Shown here: piece by piece, positions 49,488 to 61,340 of the stretch
How positions within the stretch are numbered: position 1 is the first letter of the stretch
Layout of the letters: every line of letters begins with the position of its first letter
The notes under the pieces: generated by a model
The model's database searches: none
What the model was told of the DNA's origin: nothing
Seen by the model: the letters and a program-made list of their open reading frames with translations, nothing else
Made by a program: the position numbers and the translations under genes
Assembly (NCBI GenBank): GCA_026770705.1
Contig: JANJGN010000150.1
Location: 496,001 to 560,000 of the forward strand
Length of the DNA stretch: 64,000 nt
Source: Isurus oxyrinchus
Taxonomy: Eukaryota
Direction of reading: 5' to 3'

Positions 49488-49784
49488 ATTTCACAGATAA
49501 ACCCATGATATTCCCTGCTGAAATTATTGCAGGAAAGCGTGTGGATGTAAGCTGCACCTTCAACACAACGTGCAATGGAACAGCAGCACCTGTCTTAACC
49601 TGGGACACTCCCACTGACGTCCCTGGATCAGTCTCAAACACTGTAACTCAGCATGGTGTCACTCTGACCTATACTTCTGTTCTGACCCTGATCCCATCAC
49701 TCAAACACCACGGACACACTCTCAGCTGCAGAGTGAGATATCCATCTGTTTCATCAGAGCGGACCCTCGTACTAACTGTGCAAG
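49488..49784 (+). CDS. Unit C C2-set exon 1 (intact)
   Basis: 297 nt, near-identical to the A and B copies, splice sites intact. Confidence 0.85.
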
Positions 49785-50057
49785 GTAATTACATACACCT
49801 TTCATTCTACATCAGCACTCCCTCAGCGCTGACCCTCTGACAGTGCAGCCCGTTCTCAGTATCCACATTCTCAGACCTCTCTAAGTGCTTCAAAGTCGAT
49901 AGAAGTTAATTGATCTTTATTTGATTATTGCTGAATGAAGAGACAAGCTGTCTAAACTTTACATCTCACACACACCATTCTCCATGGCAACACCTCCACC
50001 TATCAGAGACCACTTGTCAGCCAATCAGCACTCTCTTCCCATTAAGTATAAATTGTT

Positions 50058-50160
50058 AACAAAAACAGAATTACCTGGAAAAACTCAGTAGGTCTGGCAG
50101 CATCGGCAGAGGAGAAAAGAGTTGACGTTTCGAGTCCTCATGACCCTTCGACAGAACTTG
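50058..50160 (-). mobile_element. Penelope-like element terminal fragment with a hammerhead-like core (related fragments at 26382-26478 minus and 49103-49236 plus)
   Basis: aaaactcagcaggtctggcagcatc family; core CTG(T/A)NGA-stem-GAAA(C/T)GT. Confidence 0.6.
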
Positions 50161-50663
50161 TTACTCAACAATTCACATTCAACACTCAATGGGAAATAAC
50201 ACTAACTGTGACGTTTACATATTAACACAAAACACAGCTTATTATAACACACTGTCTGATTCTCAATAACCTGGTGATAGCTTCCAGTTCAGTCCTAAAG
50301 CAACCTCTAATACTCACTTTAATATCAATGATGAAAAGCATTAACTGTATTATCAGGTTATCCATTCCCATCAATCTCTCCTGTCCTGTTTAAAAGTCTG
50401 ACGTATCGATAAAAGAAAGATGTGCATTTCTGCAGCGCAATTTACCACCTCAGGAGGATCCAAATCCCTTCACAGCCAATGAAATTATTCCTGAATTGTA
50501 GTCACAGATGTAAAACACAGCAGGCAGTTTGTGCACAGCAAGATCCAACAAACCACAAGGTGATAAATCACCCAGATCACTGAGGAAATTAGTTATACAG
50601 AGTATAAATTGTTGTTCACTTTCTGTTGGTAATCCTGTGAACGGGCTTCTTGATTCCTGCCCT

Positions 50664-50816
50664 GACATCTTAATGTCCCAATGAACAGAACAACTTCCAA
50701 CAATGAGCTGTGGTTGGTGATTCCTCACATTACATCCAGGGACACTGGAGACTATCAGTGTGTGGCAGAGAATGAACATGGAGCAGTGGAGGGATTCATA
50801 ACCATCACTGTGGAAC
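50664..50816 (+). pseudogene. 5'-truncated copy of the membrane-proximal C2 exon (no acceptor)
   Basis: Matches 42838-42990 (HLNVPMNRTTSNNELWL...ITVE); its 5' half is replaced by repeat sequence. Confidence 0.88.
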
Positions 50817-52494
50817 GTGAGTGTACACAGACTTCAACATCTCTCGCAGATTCGAACACGACACAAACACCCTCAAACATACACATCTAAGTAGACACAT
50901 GCAGACACACATATATGACCACACAGAAAGACACACTCACACACAAACACACTAACACACACTCCCCTGTGGGCGACCTGACCTCCCTCAGTACTGCCCT
51001 GGAGAGTTGGCCTTAATTCTGGGATTTGTGTTCCCATTCATATTTATGCAAGAATATGGAAATTACAAAGTCTATTACAGACAGTCAGATGCATAGAGAC
51101 ACTCACAGATACTCTCTGCCTCTCCAACTCTCTCTCTCCCTTTAAGAAGCTTCCTGAAAGCTCACCCTTCGAACAATCACCGGTCCCAAATCCTCCTTAT
51201 CTGATTTGTGTGATTTTCTTTGTGTATTTGAGAGTAAGAGAGAGGTGGAGAGGTTTAGGAGGAGAATTCCTGTTGGTGAAAAGCTTACATCATGTTCTCA
51301 CCTTTCCAGTGCCCATATTTCACATGATGTCCAATGTCCTTGTTCATAATGGGAATTGCCTATGTAAACATCACGCTGTAGTTACATTCTCCTACCAGTG
51401 GTGGCATTGTAGCACTTAATCCTTGTGTTTCCCAGCTTTTCAAGCAACTCCACTTCCCAGTTTGCTCCACAAGCTGTGAGTTCATTGGAATTCAATTATT
51501 TCTCAAACGGTAGATTTGATGTCATTTTATTGAAAACTTCCTCAGTGCCTCCCTGAAGGGTTTACACTCTCTGGGAAGCAGGAATAGGCTGGATGTTGGG
51601 GAGCTCATCTTTTCCCAAAGAGTAGTGATCCTCAGGAATGTGCTGTCAGTGGGTGTGGTGGTTGCTGATTCTCTGTCGCCTTCAAGAGGGATCTGGAGTC
51701 GTTACTGACTGGGGGAGAGATCATGGAAACGGAGAATGGTACAGCACAGGAGGAGGCCATTCAGTCCATTGTGCCTGTGCCAGGTCTTTCAATGTTCTAT
51801 CCAATCAGATCCAATAACCACCATTCCAATTTGCCACCATCTTCCTCCTTTAAGTATTTATCCAATTTCCCTTTTGAAAGTTCCTATTGAATCTGCTTCC
51901 ACCGCCCTTTCAGGCAGCACCTTCCAGATCACAACAACTCGCTCTGTCAAAACAAATTCTCCTCATCTCCCCCTCCGGTTCGTCAATCTGTGTCCCTCTG
52001 GTTACCAAGCCTCCTGCCCCTTAAGTACATTGATACTGTTCACCTCAACCACTCCCTGTGGGAGCGAGTTCCACATTCTCCCCTCTCTCTGGGTAAAGAT
52101 TGGAACTGTTTATTAAGTGAGGCCTGTAAGTCCGTGGGGGAGTCCATCTCGATCCTGCCCGATTCGTACACGTGTCCGAGATGGATTTCCACCCTGCACT
52201 AAACGTTTCCAGAATTTTCTACAGCACAATCCTGTACACAACGATTGGGAGAAACATTGGACAGGGAGTCCAACAGCACAATGATCCATTCTCACCAATG
52301 TTCCACGCTAAGGGGAAAGTTCCGATTGTCCACTCTTAGAGTGTTTACAATGAAAACATTCATTCCACATTGAATCCCAGTGGATGGGTCAATATTACAG
52401 CAAATGTTGCAGTGATATGAAGCTTGATTGTTCAGCCAGAGTGAGAGATTGAAAGCGGAGAGTCAGTGATGATTTCTTTCTGTGTGTTCTCTAG

Positions 52495-52634
52495 ACAGTG
52501 GAGGAGAGATTCTGCACGTGATCCTGATCCTGGGAATACGAGCTGTGATATTCCTTGTGGCTGTGGTTATCACTATCGCTGGAGTCTGTGTCTGGGAGAG
52601 ACAAACAGTGAAAGCAAGTCGACAGACTGTTTGA
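52495..52634 (+). CDS. Activating-type TM/short-tail terminal exon with intramembrane Arg
   Basis: Strong acceptor tttctttctgtgtgttctctag. Phase-1 frame reads SGGE-ILHVILILGIRAVIFLVAVVITIAGVCVW-ERQTVKASRQTV-stop. This frame is absent from the ORF track. Confidence 0.82.
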
Positions 52635-53684
52635 AGCTTTGTACAGCAACAATCTGGTCAGTCAGTGCGGACAAATAACGTGTGATGTTGGGTTAAGTTG
52701 TAATGAAACTGGTCAGTGTCCTGGTTAGAATCACCTTCGTATCAGAGAGGCATTCCAGCACAGTGGGAGCCCATTCAGCCCATTGAGTCCATGCACATTT
52801 TGCTCCTCCAGCACGATGGGAGGGACTGTGATGGTTACGGGGCTGGGGGGGGGGTGAAGTGGGAGGGGATAGAAGCTTACCTGGTGGTATTGCCTCAGAC
52901 CCACCCTTTTTCAAGCTGATCCAATGTCGCAGTTGAAGAATAAGCTACAAAACAAATTGGCAGGGGAGGTCTCCCAGGGCCTGTGGGAGACATCACCCAC
53001 TGCATCTTCGGCCTGTTTGAAGGGGCACCCGAACAATTCCGGCTTTTCCAAATGATGAGGAAGACACAGCTGCACCCCGAGTCCCCTACTGGGGATCCAG
53101 AAGGTTGCAATAGCGCTGCGAGGGACTCATGGGCTCCACAGTGACTCCCTAATTAGCGACTGGAAGGTTTATGTTCATTTATCTTTATTATCCGTTCATG
53201 TTGAGCCATGGAGCTCCTGATCTGACACCTTTCTGTACCTCGTCCAATGCTTCTGTTATCAGGACTTCCACATCGATGTGAAAGAGCCATGATGATAGCA
53301 GACAGTCGCACAATGGGAATGGCACTAGGCCAGTGATCCAGAGGCCCAGGTGAATGCTTTGGAGGTACGGGTTCAAATCCCACCACGGCAGCTGGAGGAA
53401 TTTAGATTCGATTAATCAATAAATTTAATTGATTGATACATTTTTTTCTTATTCATTTCAGGGATGTTGGTGTCGCTGACTAGGCCAGTATTTGTTGCCC
53501 ATCTCCATTTGCCTTTGAGAACATATGGATATCTGAGTTAGGATCAGGAGTAGGTCACTCAGTCCCTCGAACCTGCTCCGCCATTCAGTAAGATCATGGC
53601 TGATCTGATTGTCACCTCAACCTCACATTCCTGCCTACCCCCAATGACCTTTCACCCCATTGTTAATCAAGAATCTATCTAGCT

Positions 53685-55650
53685 CTGTGGAAGGGGAGCC
53701 AATCAATCGGGCTGCTTTGTCCTGGATGGTGTCAAGCTTCTTGAGTGTTGTTGGAGCTGCACTCATCCAGGCATGTGGAGAGTATTCCATCACACTCCTG
53801 ACTTGTGCGTTGTAGATGGTGGACAGGCTTTGGGGAGTCAGGAGGTGAGTTACTGTCTGCAGGGTTCCCAGCCTCTGACCTGCTCTTGCAGCCACAGTGT
53901 TTAAATGGCTGGTCCAGTTCAGTTTCTGCTCAATGGTAACTCCCAGGATGTTGATATTGGGGGATTCAGTGATGGTAATGCCATTGAATGCCAAGGGGCG
54001 ATGGTTATGAATGGTCTGTGGGATATTCTGGTACAAAATGTCAACACTCGGACTCCAGATGCAATATTCAAGTGGTTCCTTTATTACGCATGTGGGGAGC
54101 AAACGCTGGGCAGTCCAGGCGCTTCTCCACCGAGGTTCAAATGAGCACAGTTTATATATTTTTTACTCTCAGTTACAAGGTAATGGTATTAGTTAGACAA
54201 AGGCCACAGCACAATGACCCTCCGGTGGGCTGATAATTGTGTTCTTGTACAGTAATTACAGGGCAGAGACTGGCTATTGTCCTTTGGAGACAGCAAAGAA
54301 TCTATGTTTGTTCAATACAAAAGGTTTCCGGAGGCTGACTGGATGTGGTTCAAGGCCATCGGACGGTGTGAAATAACCTTCCCCATTTCTTGATTGAGTC
54401 ACCCAGTGTCCTTGTGTGTGTGTCTCCCATTTCCTCATTGCAAATTTACAGCTGAGCCCTTTGTACAGGTTTTTAGCTTTCACGTAAGGATGTGTATGCT
54501 TTGGCGCCCTAGCTGCTGGTCCTGGCTGGCTCTTTAAAATAAATCCAAATTTTCTGCGCCTTCAGTTAGATTCTCTCTTGTTGGAGCTGGTCATTGCCTG
54601 GTACTTGTGTGGCATGAATGTTACTTGTCACCTGTCAGCCCAAGCCTGGATGTTGTCCAGGTCTTGCTGCATTTGGACATAACTTGCTTCAGTATCTGAG
54701 GAGCCGTGAATGGTGCTGAACATTGTGCAAACATCAGCAAACATCCCCACTTCTGACCTTATGATGGAAGGAAGGACATTGATGAAGCAGTTGAAGATGT
54801 TTGAGCCTAGGACACTACCCTGAGTAACTCCTGCAGTGATGTCCTGGAACTGAGATGATTGACCCCCAACAATCACAACCATCGTCCTTTGTGCTGGGTA
54901 TGACTCCAAGCAGCGGAGAGTTTTCCCCCGATTCCCATTGACTCCAGTTTTGCTCGGGCTCCTTGTTTTGCCACACTCAGTCAAATGCTGCGTTGATGTC
55001 AAGGGCAGTCACTCTCACCTCACCTCTGGAGTTCAGCTCATTTGTGCATGTTTGAACCAAGGCTGTAATGAGGCCAGGAGCTGAATGATCCTGGTGGAAC
55101 ACAAACTGAGCGTCAGTGAGCAGGTTCTTGCTAAGCAGGTGCTGCTTGCAAGCGCTGTTGATGACCCCTTCCATCACTTTAGTAATGATCAAGAATAGAC
55201 TGCTGGGGAATTGGCTGGGTTGGATTTGTCCTGCTTTTTGTGTACAGGACGTACCCCATAGCCGGGTAGTTGCCAGTGTTGCAGCTGTACTAGAAAATTC
55301 CAGAAAAGCTTGGCTAGGGGCGCAGCAAGTTCTGGAGCACAAGTCTTCAGTACTATTGCCAGAATATTTTCTGGGCCTGGAGCATTTGCAATATCCAGTG
55401 CCTTCAGCCCTTTCTTGATATCACGTGGAATTAATCGAATTGGCTAAAGATTGGCATCTCTGATGCTGGGGACCTCCGGAGGAGGCCGAGATGGATCAGC
55501 CACTCAGCACTTCTGGCTGAAGATTGTTGCGCATGCTTCAGTCTTGTCTTTTGCACCGATGTGCTGGGCTCCTCCATCATTGAGGATGGGGATTTTTGTG
55601 GAGACTCCTCCTCCAGTGAGTTGTTTGATTGTCCACGACTGGATGTGACA
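53685..55650 (-). mobile_element. CR1/Crack-like LINE ORF2 fragment, split by a solo LTR
   Basis: TALDINAAFD, GVTQGSVLG, MFADVCT and QVRSVMEYSPHAW motifs. Confidence 0.85.
54008..54564. mobile_element. 557-bp solo LTR with a perfect 4-bp TSD (GTTA)
   Basis: TGAA...TTCA termini. Removing it restores gggcgatggttagattctctc, the reverse complement of the LINE sequence near 22845-22865. Confidence 0.8.
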
Positions 55651-57489
55651 TCTGGAATGCGAAGCTAGTCTCAGTAATGGTGACCATGAAACTAAGGCCA
55701 ATTGTTGCAAAAACCCATTTGGGTCACTAATGCCCTTTGGGGAAGGAAACCTGCCGTCCTTACCCATTCTGGCCTACGTGTGACTCCTGACCCACAGCAA
55801 TGTGGTTGACTCTTAACTGGCCCCTGAAATGGCCGAGCAAGCCACTGAGTTATATCAAAACCCGCCACAGACCAGTCAAACCAGGCGAACTGCAGCACTT
55901 CGAAAAGGCAGCTCAGCACCCCCTTCTCAAGGGGTCAGTCAGGAACAGGTAACAAACGCTGTCCACATCCCGTGAAAGAATTTTGGTAAAAAGGTAGCCG
56001 TGTATCACCACCCACGGCCAGCGCCAACCCCCCCACCCCTACCTGATTGCACCAGTTTCAGATTACACCAGGTCAATGAACGGATAGAAACCCAAACCAA
56101 TGAGATGAGCACAGAGAAGGATCAAGCCAGAGAGAGTTGGTGGGAAGAATTGGGAAAGCTACAAAAAAGGCAGAGCGGACACTAACACTATAACAAAGTA
56201 AAGACCAGAGGAGGAAGGAAGCAAGTGTGAAGAGGAATTGAGAGCAGAGCTGGTAGGCTGCTTGTCGAAGCCAAGGAACCTCCATAGGGCACATCCACAG
56301 TGCTGTTGGGGAGGGTGATACATGATTTTGACCCAGGATCATCAAGTGTTGCACTGGCAGAGCCTTTAAAGTAAAGGGACCTTTACTACCCATGCACAGC
56401 CCCGCCCTACAAAGCTGTTGACCTGCTGAGTCCAGCTGTACAGGCAACCTCCAGACAGTTGGCTACAGAGGCCATTGCAGCTGCTGAATATGACTTCCAG
56501 TTTCAAACCCTTCATGAATGCAAGGATGGAGAATTCAGCAGGAATATTCCTGCACACCCTGTGGCAGATCCTGTAAATAAAAGGGACCTTCACTCACTCC
56601 CCAAAGCTGCTGACCTGCTGATTCACATCTACAGGCAACCTCCAAATAGTCAACTAGAGAAGACAACGCAGCTGCTGAATGTGACTCCTAGTTTTAAACC
56701 CTTCACTCTGGAAAGAAGGAATCCAGAGCAATGGCCTCAGTATGATTCTTCACAGAAACTGATTTTAAATCTCATCTCTAAGTATTATTTTTCCTTTGCT
56801 TACATTTTAATCCCTGCACCTGATGGCTTTATCGCTTCAACTTAAATAACTTTCAGCAGGAGCCAGGTTCAAATTGAATGGACAAGCTGGCTTGGGGGGC
56901 CAAAAGGCCTACTCCTGCTTCTGTTTATTTATGTTTGTGTTGTTATGTAGTGGAACTAGAGAGGTTATAGCAGTTATGAGAACATTAAGCAAACAGCAGC
57001 AAGAATTGAACACCTACGTTGTGGTTTATGAAAAGGTTTTCAACCTGGTCAACTGGTAAAATCTGTTGAAAGTGGGCTATCATGGCGTGTGCCCTTTGTG
57101 TGATATTTGTAACAACGTTCTCGATGTCGGAACAGCTTGCATTGAACAAAGCTGATCTTTACCCAGAACTTCAGAGGAAGGGGGGACAATTGTTCCCTGG
57201 TGTGGGGGGGCATGGTGGGGGGGGGAGGGTGAGGGGGAGACAAGTAGCCTGAAATACCAAGCCAGACACTTTGTGAAGACAAAAGTTGTTTATTCATGTT
57301 TTTTTACAAATCATAATCTTTACAATTAAAGTCCCGACAAGATGATGGTGAATCATGAACACATTGTCGGGGTGAATCTGTGCCCGGGAGCATAAAGCAG
57401 CAAAATCAGGAGCCCGCTTTACATCTCTCTGAATTTTAACTATCATTAACCCCAGTTACATCCATTCAAATGACTTAGTCATAAGATTC

Positions 57490-57707
57490 CTCACACATTC
57501 ACTTGCACACTAACACACCCACACCCACACAGACACACTGACACACTCACTCATTCACATTGACACACACTGACACAGTCACACACACCCACACACACAC
57601 ACTGACACACTCACTCATTCACATTGACACACACTGACAGTCACACACACCCACACAGACACACTGACACACTCACTCATTCACATTGACACACACATAT
57701 TGACAGT

Positions 57708-57739
<32 letters not shown>

Positions 57740-57770
57740 CTCATAAAGACAGACACAAACACAGTCACGT
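57490..57770. repeat. CA-rich microsatellite/minisatellite
   Basis: (CA)n runs and repeated cactcactcattcacattgacac units. Confidence 0.85.
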
Positions 57771-59514
57771 GAGGTGAATAGTGTCGATGTATTTAAGGGG
57801 AAGCTGGATAAACACACGAGGGAGAAATGAATAGAAGGATATGGTGATGGGGTGAGATGGAGAAGGGGTGGGCGGAGTCTCGTGTGGAGCAGAAACACCA
57901 GCACGGAGCAGATGGGCCAAATGACTCTCTGACAATGCAGCACACCCTCAAAACTCACCCTCCGAGAATGCAACATCCCTCAAGAGTGACTCTCTGAGAA
58001 TGCAGCACAACTTCAGTACTGACCCTCCGACAATGCAGCACTCCCTCAAAACTCACCCTCCAAGAGTGCAGCACTCCTTCAAGACTGACCCTCTAACAGT
58101 GCAGCACACCCTCAGTACTGACCCTCTGACAGTGCAGCACTCCCTCAGTACTGACACTCTGACAGTGCAGCACACCCTCAAAACTGACCCTCCGACAGCT
58201 CGGTAATTTCTCAATTACGCCTGGTGGTCCTTTTAACTCGGAGCTGAGAGTTGCAGAGAATTGAGCAGACACCCTGAACTGACACTTGCAGTGCAAGTAC
58301 TGGGAGTGCGCTGGTCATTATCATGCTGCTGTCTGTGGGATCTTACTGTGCGCCAATGGCTGTTGCTTTTCCCACAGTACATCAGTGACCTCACATGAAA
58401 GAAAAAAGCACTCGATTGTCTGCGAAACACTTTGGGACGTCCTGATGTGTGGGAAAGCGCTAGAGAAATGCAAGTCCTCTTTGTCTTTCACTCGATCCTC
58501 TAAGGTGTCTGTTGATTAACCAGCCTCTCGGTGTATGATGTAGGCCTGGTTATAAACAGTTAGAAGGATCAAATATCAAAAGTGCTTTGGTTGACAGTCA
58601 AATCGATTGTGCATTCGGAGAGATTAGATATCGTCTGCACACAATGACTCCAATCTCTGGCACTGACTGCCGCCTGGGGTCTCCATTCCACATAACACTC
58701 ACAACTTGCATTTACACAGCGCCTCTGACATTGCAAAATGTCCCAGCCCACATTACCGGAGCGTAAATCAGAGAGAAGTCTAACACTGAGTCACATATGG
58801 AGATATTAGGGATAGGTGACCAAAAGCTTGGTCAAAGATGTCAGTTTTTAAGGAACGTCTTAAAGGAGAGAGAGAGAGAAAGAGAGAGAGGCAGAGAGGT
58901 TAAGGGAGGGTATTCCGGAGCTCAGGGCCCCAGGCAGCTGAAGGCACGGCCACCAATGGTGGAGCGATGGGAATCAGGGGGTCCCGGGAGATGCAGTAAT
59001 TTCAGAGATTTTGGAGGAACATCGGGACCGGAGGAGGTGTTCTCCTGCTCCATATCTCTCTCTCTCTTCCTCTCATCCACTCCTCCTCTCCCTGTCTCTC
59101 TCTCTCCTACTCTTCCTCTCAATTGCCCTCTCTCCCAATCTTTCTCTCCTCTCTCCCTTTTCCTGCTCTCTCCCTCTCTCTCTCCCTGTCTCCTTCTCCC
59201 ACTCTGTATCTCTCCCTCTCTCTCACACTATTTTTGTACCTTTTGCTCACTCTGTAACTCTCCCTTCCCTGTTAATTTCTCTCTCTTGGACAATCTCTCT
59301 TCCCTTTTCACTTTCCCTCACTCTGCATCTCTTTAATTTCTCCCTCTGTCACTCTCTCCCACCTATGTTCTTTCCCTTTCACCCCTCCCCGTCCCACTCT
59401 CTGTCTCTCTCTTCCAATCCCTCCCTCCCCCATTCCATCCCTCTCTCCGACTCTCGACTCCCAGCCTCTCTTTAACCCACTCCCAGGCTGGATCAGTCTC
59501 CCTCTCACTATTCC

Positions 59515-60060
59515 CGATGTTTTTGAAGTGCACTCACACTGTAGGAAATGTGGCAGCTGATTTGTGCACAGCAAGATCCCACAAATAGCAATGTGATCAT
59601 GGCCTAGATCATCTGTTTTTGGTGATGTTGGGTGAGGGATAAATATTGGTCCCAGGACACCGGGGAGAACACCCCCTGCTCTTCCTCCAAATAGTGGCTG
59701 TGGGATCTTTCACACCCGCCCGAGAGGGCAGACGGGGGACTCAGTTTAATGTCTCATTCAACATTGTTGTGCTCCCTCAGTACTAAACCTTTGACACTGC
59801 AGCACTCCCTTAGTATTAACCCTTCGATAGTGCTGCGCTCCCTCAGTACTGTCCCTCCGTCAGTGCAGCTCTATTTCAGTACTAACCCTTCAACACAGCA
59901 GCACTCCCTCAGTACTGACCTCCGACAGTATAGCACTCCCTCAATACTGTCCCTCCAATAGTGCAACACTTCCACACTACTGACCCTCTGAGAGTGCAGC
60001 ACTCCCTCAGCACGGAGCGTTGATCTACATTATGGGACTGAATTCCCTGGAGTGAGACTC
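59515..60060 (-). mobile_element. Deu-domain SINE (SacSINE1/AmnSINE1-like) with internal 33-bp unit expansion; another fragment at 1-55
   Basis: gcacagcaagatcccacaaa...ggataaatattgg...gggatctttcacac...gagagggcagacgggg resembles the DeuSINE core as I recall it; not searched. Confidence 0.65.
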
Positions 60061-60074
60061 AGACCAGTGATTTA

Positions 60075-61340
60075 GGTAGGGTTGTGGGGGCTGGAAGAGG
60101 TTACAGAGATAGGGAGGGCTGTAGAGGCTGTAGGAGGTTACAGAGAAAGGGAGGGTTGTAAGGGCTGTAGGAAGTTACAGAGATAGGGAGGGTTGTAGAG
60201 GCTGTAGGAGGTTACAGAGATAGGGAGGGTTGTAGGGGCTGGAGGAGGTTACAGAGATAGGGAGGGTTGTAGGGGCTGGAGGAGGTTACAGAAATAGGGA
60301 GGGTTGTAGGGGCTGGAGGAGGTTACAGAGATAGGGAGGGTTGTAGGGTCTGGAGAAGGTTACAGTGATCGTGAGGGTTGTGGGGCCTGGGGGAGGTTAC
60401 AGAGATAGGGAGTGTTGTGGGGACTGTAGGAGGTTACATAGATAGGGAGGGTTGTCGGGTCTGGAGGAGGTTACAGAGATAGGGAGGGTTATAGGGACTG
60501 GAGGAGGTTACAGAGATAGGGAGGGTTGTAGAGACTGTAGGATGTTACAGAGATAGGGATTGTTGTAGGGGCTGGAGGATGTTACAGAGATAGGGAGGGT
60601 TGTAGGGGCTGGAGGAGGTTACAAAGATAGGGAGGGTTGTACGGGCTGGAGGAGGTTACAGAGATAGGGAGGGTTGTATGGGCTGGAGGCGGTTACAGAG
60701 ATAGGGAGGGTTGTAGGGGCTGGAGGAAGTTACAGAGATAGGGAGGGTTGTAGGGGCTGGAGGAGGTTACAGAGATAGGGAGGGGTGTAGGGGCTGGAGG
60801 AGGTTACAGAGATAGGGAGAGTTGTAAGGCCTGGTGGACGTTACAGAGATAGGGAGGGTTGTAGGGGCTGGAGGAGGTTACATAGATAGGGAGGGTTGTC
60901 GGGTCTGGAGGAGGTTACAGAGATAGGGAGGGTTATAGGGACTGGAGGAGGTTACAGAGATAGGGAGGGTTGTAGAGACTGTAGGATGTTACAGAGATAG
61001 GGATTGTTGTAGGGGCTGGAGGATGTTACAGAGATAGGGAGGGTTGTAGGGGCTGGAGGAGGTTACAGAGATAGGGAGGGTTGTACGGGCTGGAGGAGGT
61101 TACAGAGATAGGGAGGGTTGTACGGGCTGGAGGAGGTTACAGAGATAGGGAGGGTTGTAGGGGCTGGAGGAAGTTACAGAGATAGGGAGGGTTGTCGGGT
61201 CTGGAGGAGGTTACAGAGATAGGGAGGGGTGTAGGGGCTGGAGGAGGTTACAGAGATAGGGAGGGTTGTAAGGCCTGGTGGAGGTTACAGAGATAGGGAG
61301 GGTTGTACGGGCTGGTGGAGGTTACAGAGATAGGGAGTGG
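60075..61340 (+). repeat. G-rich 37-bp minisatellite, about 34 copies, derived from an L2 3' region
   Basis: gttacagagatagggagggttgtaggggctggaggag; the reverse complement occurs in the L2 tail at about 8960-9035. Confidence 0.95.

Noticed and set aside
56000-56850. 128-aa ORF with an internal ~95-bp diverged direct repeat
   Set aside because: No recognisable domain or splice context; more likely an old LTR or repeat fragment.
58797-59475. Ser/Leu/Pro-rich ORFs (also at 21.3, 44.6 and 63.0 kb)
   Set aside because: CT-rich low-complexity sequence.
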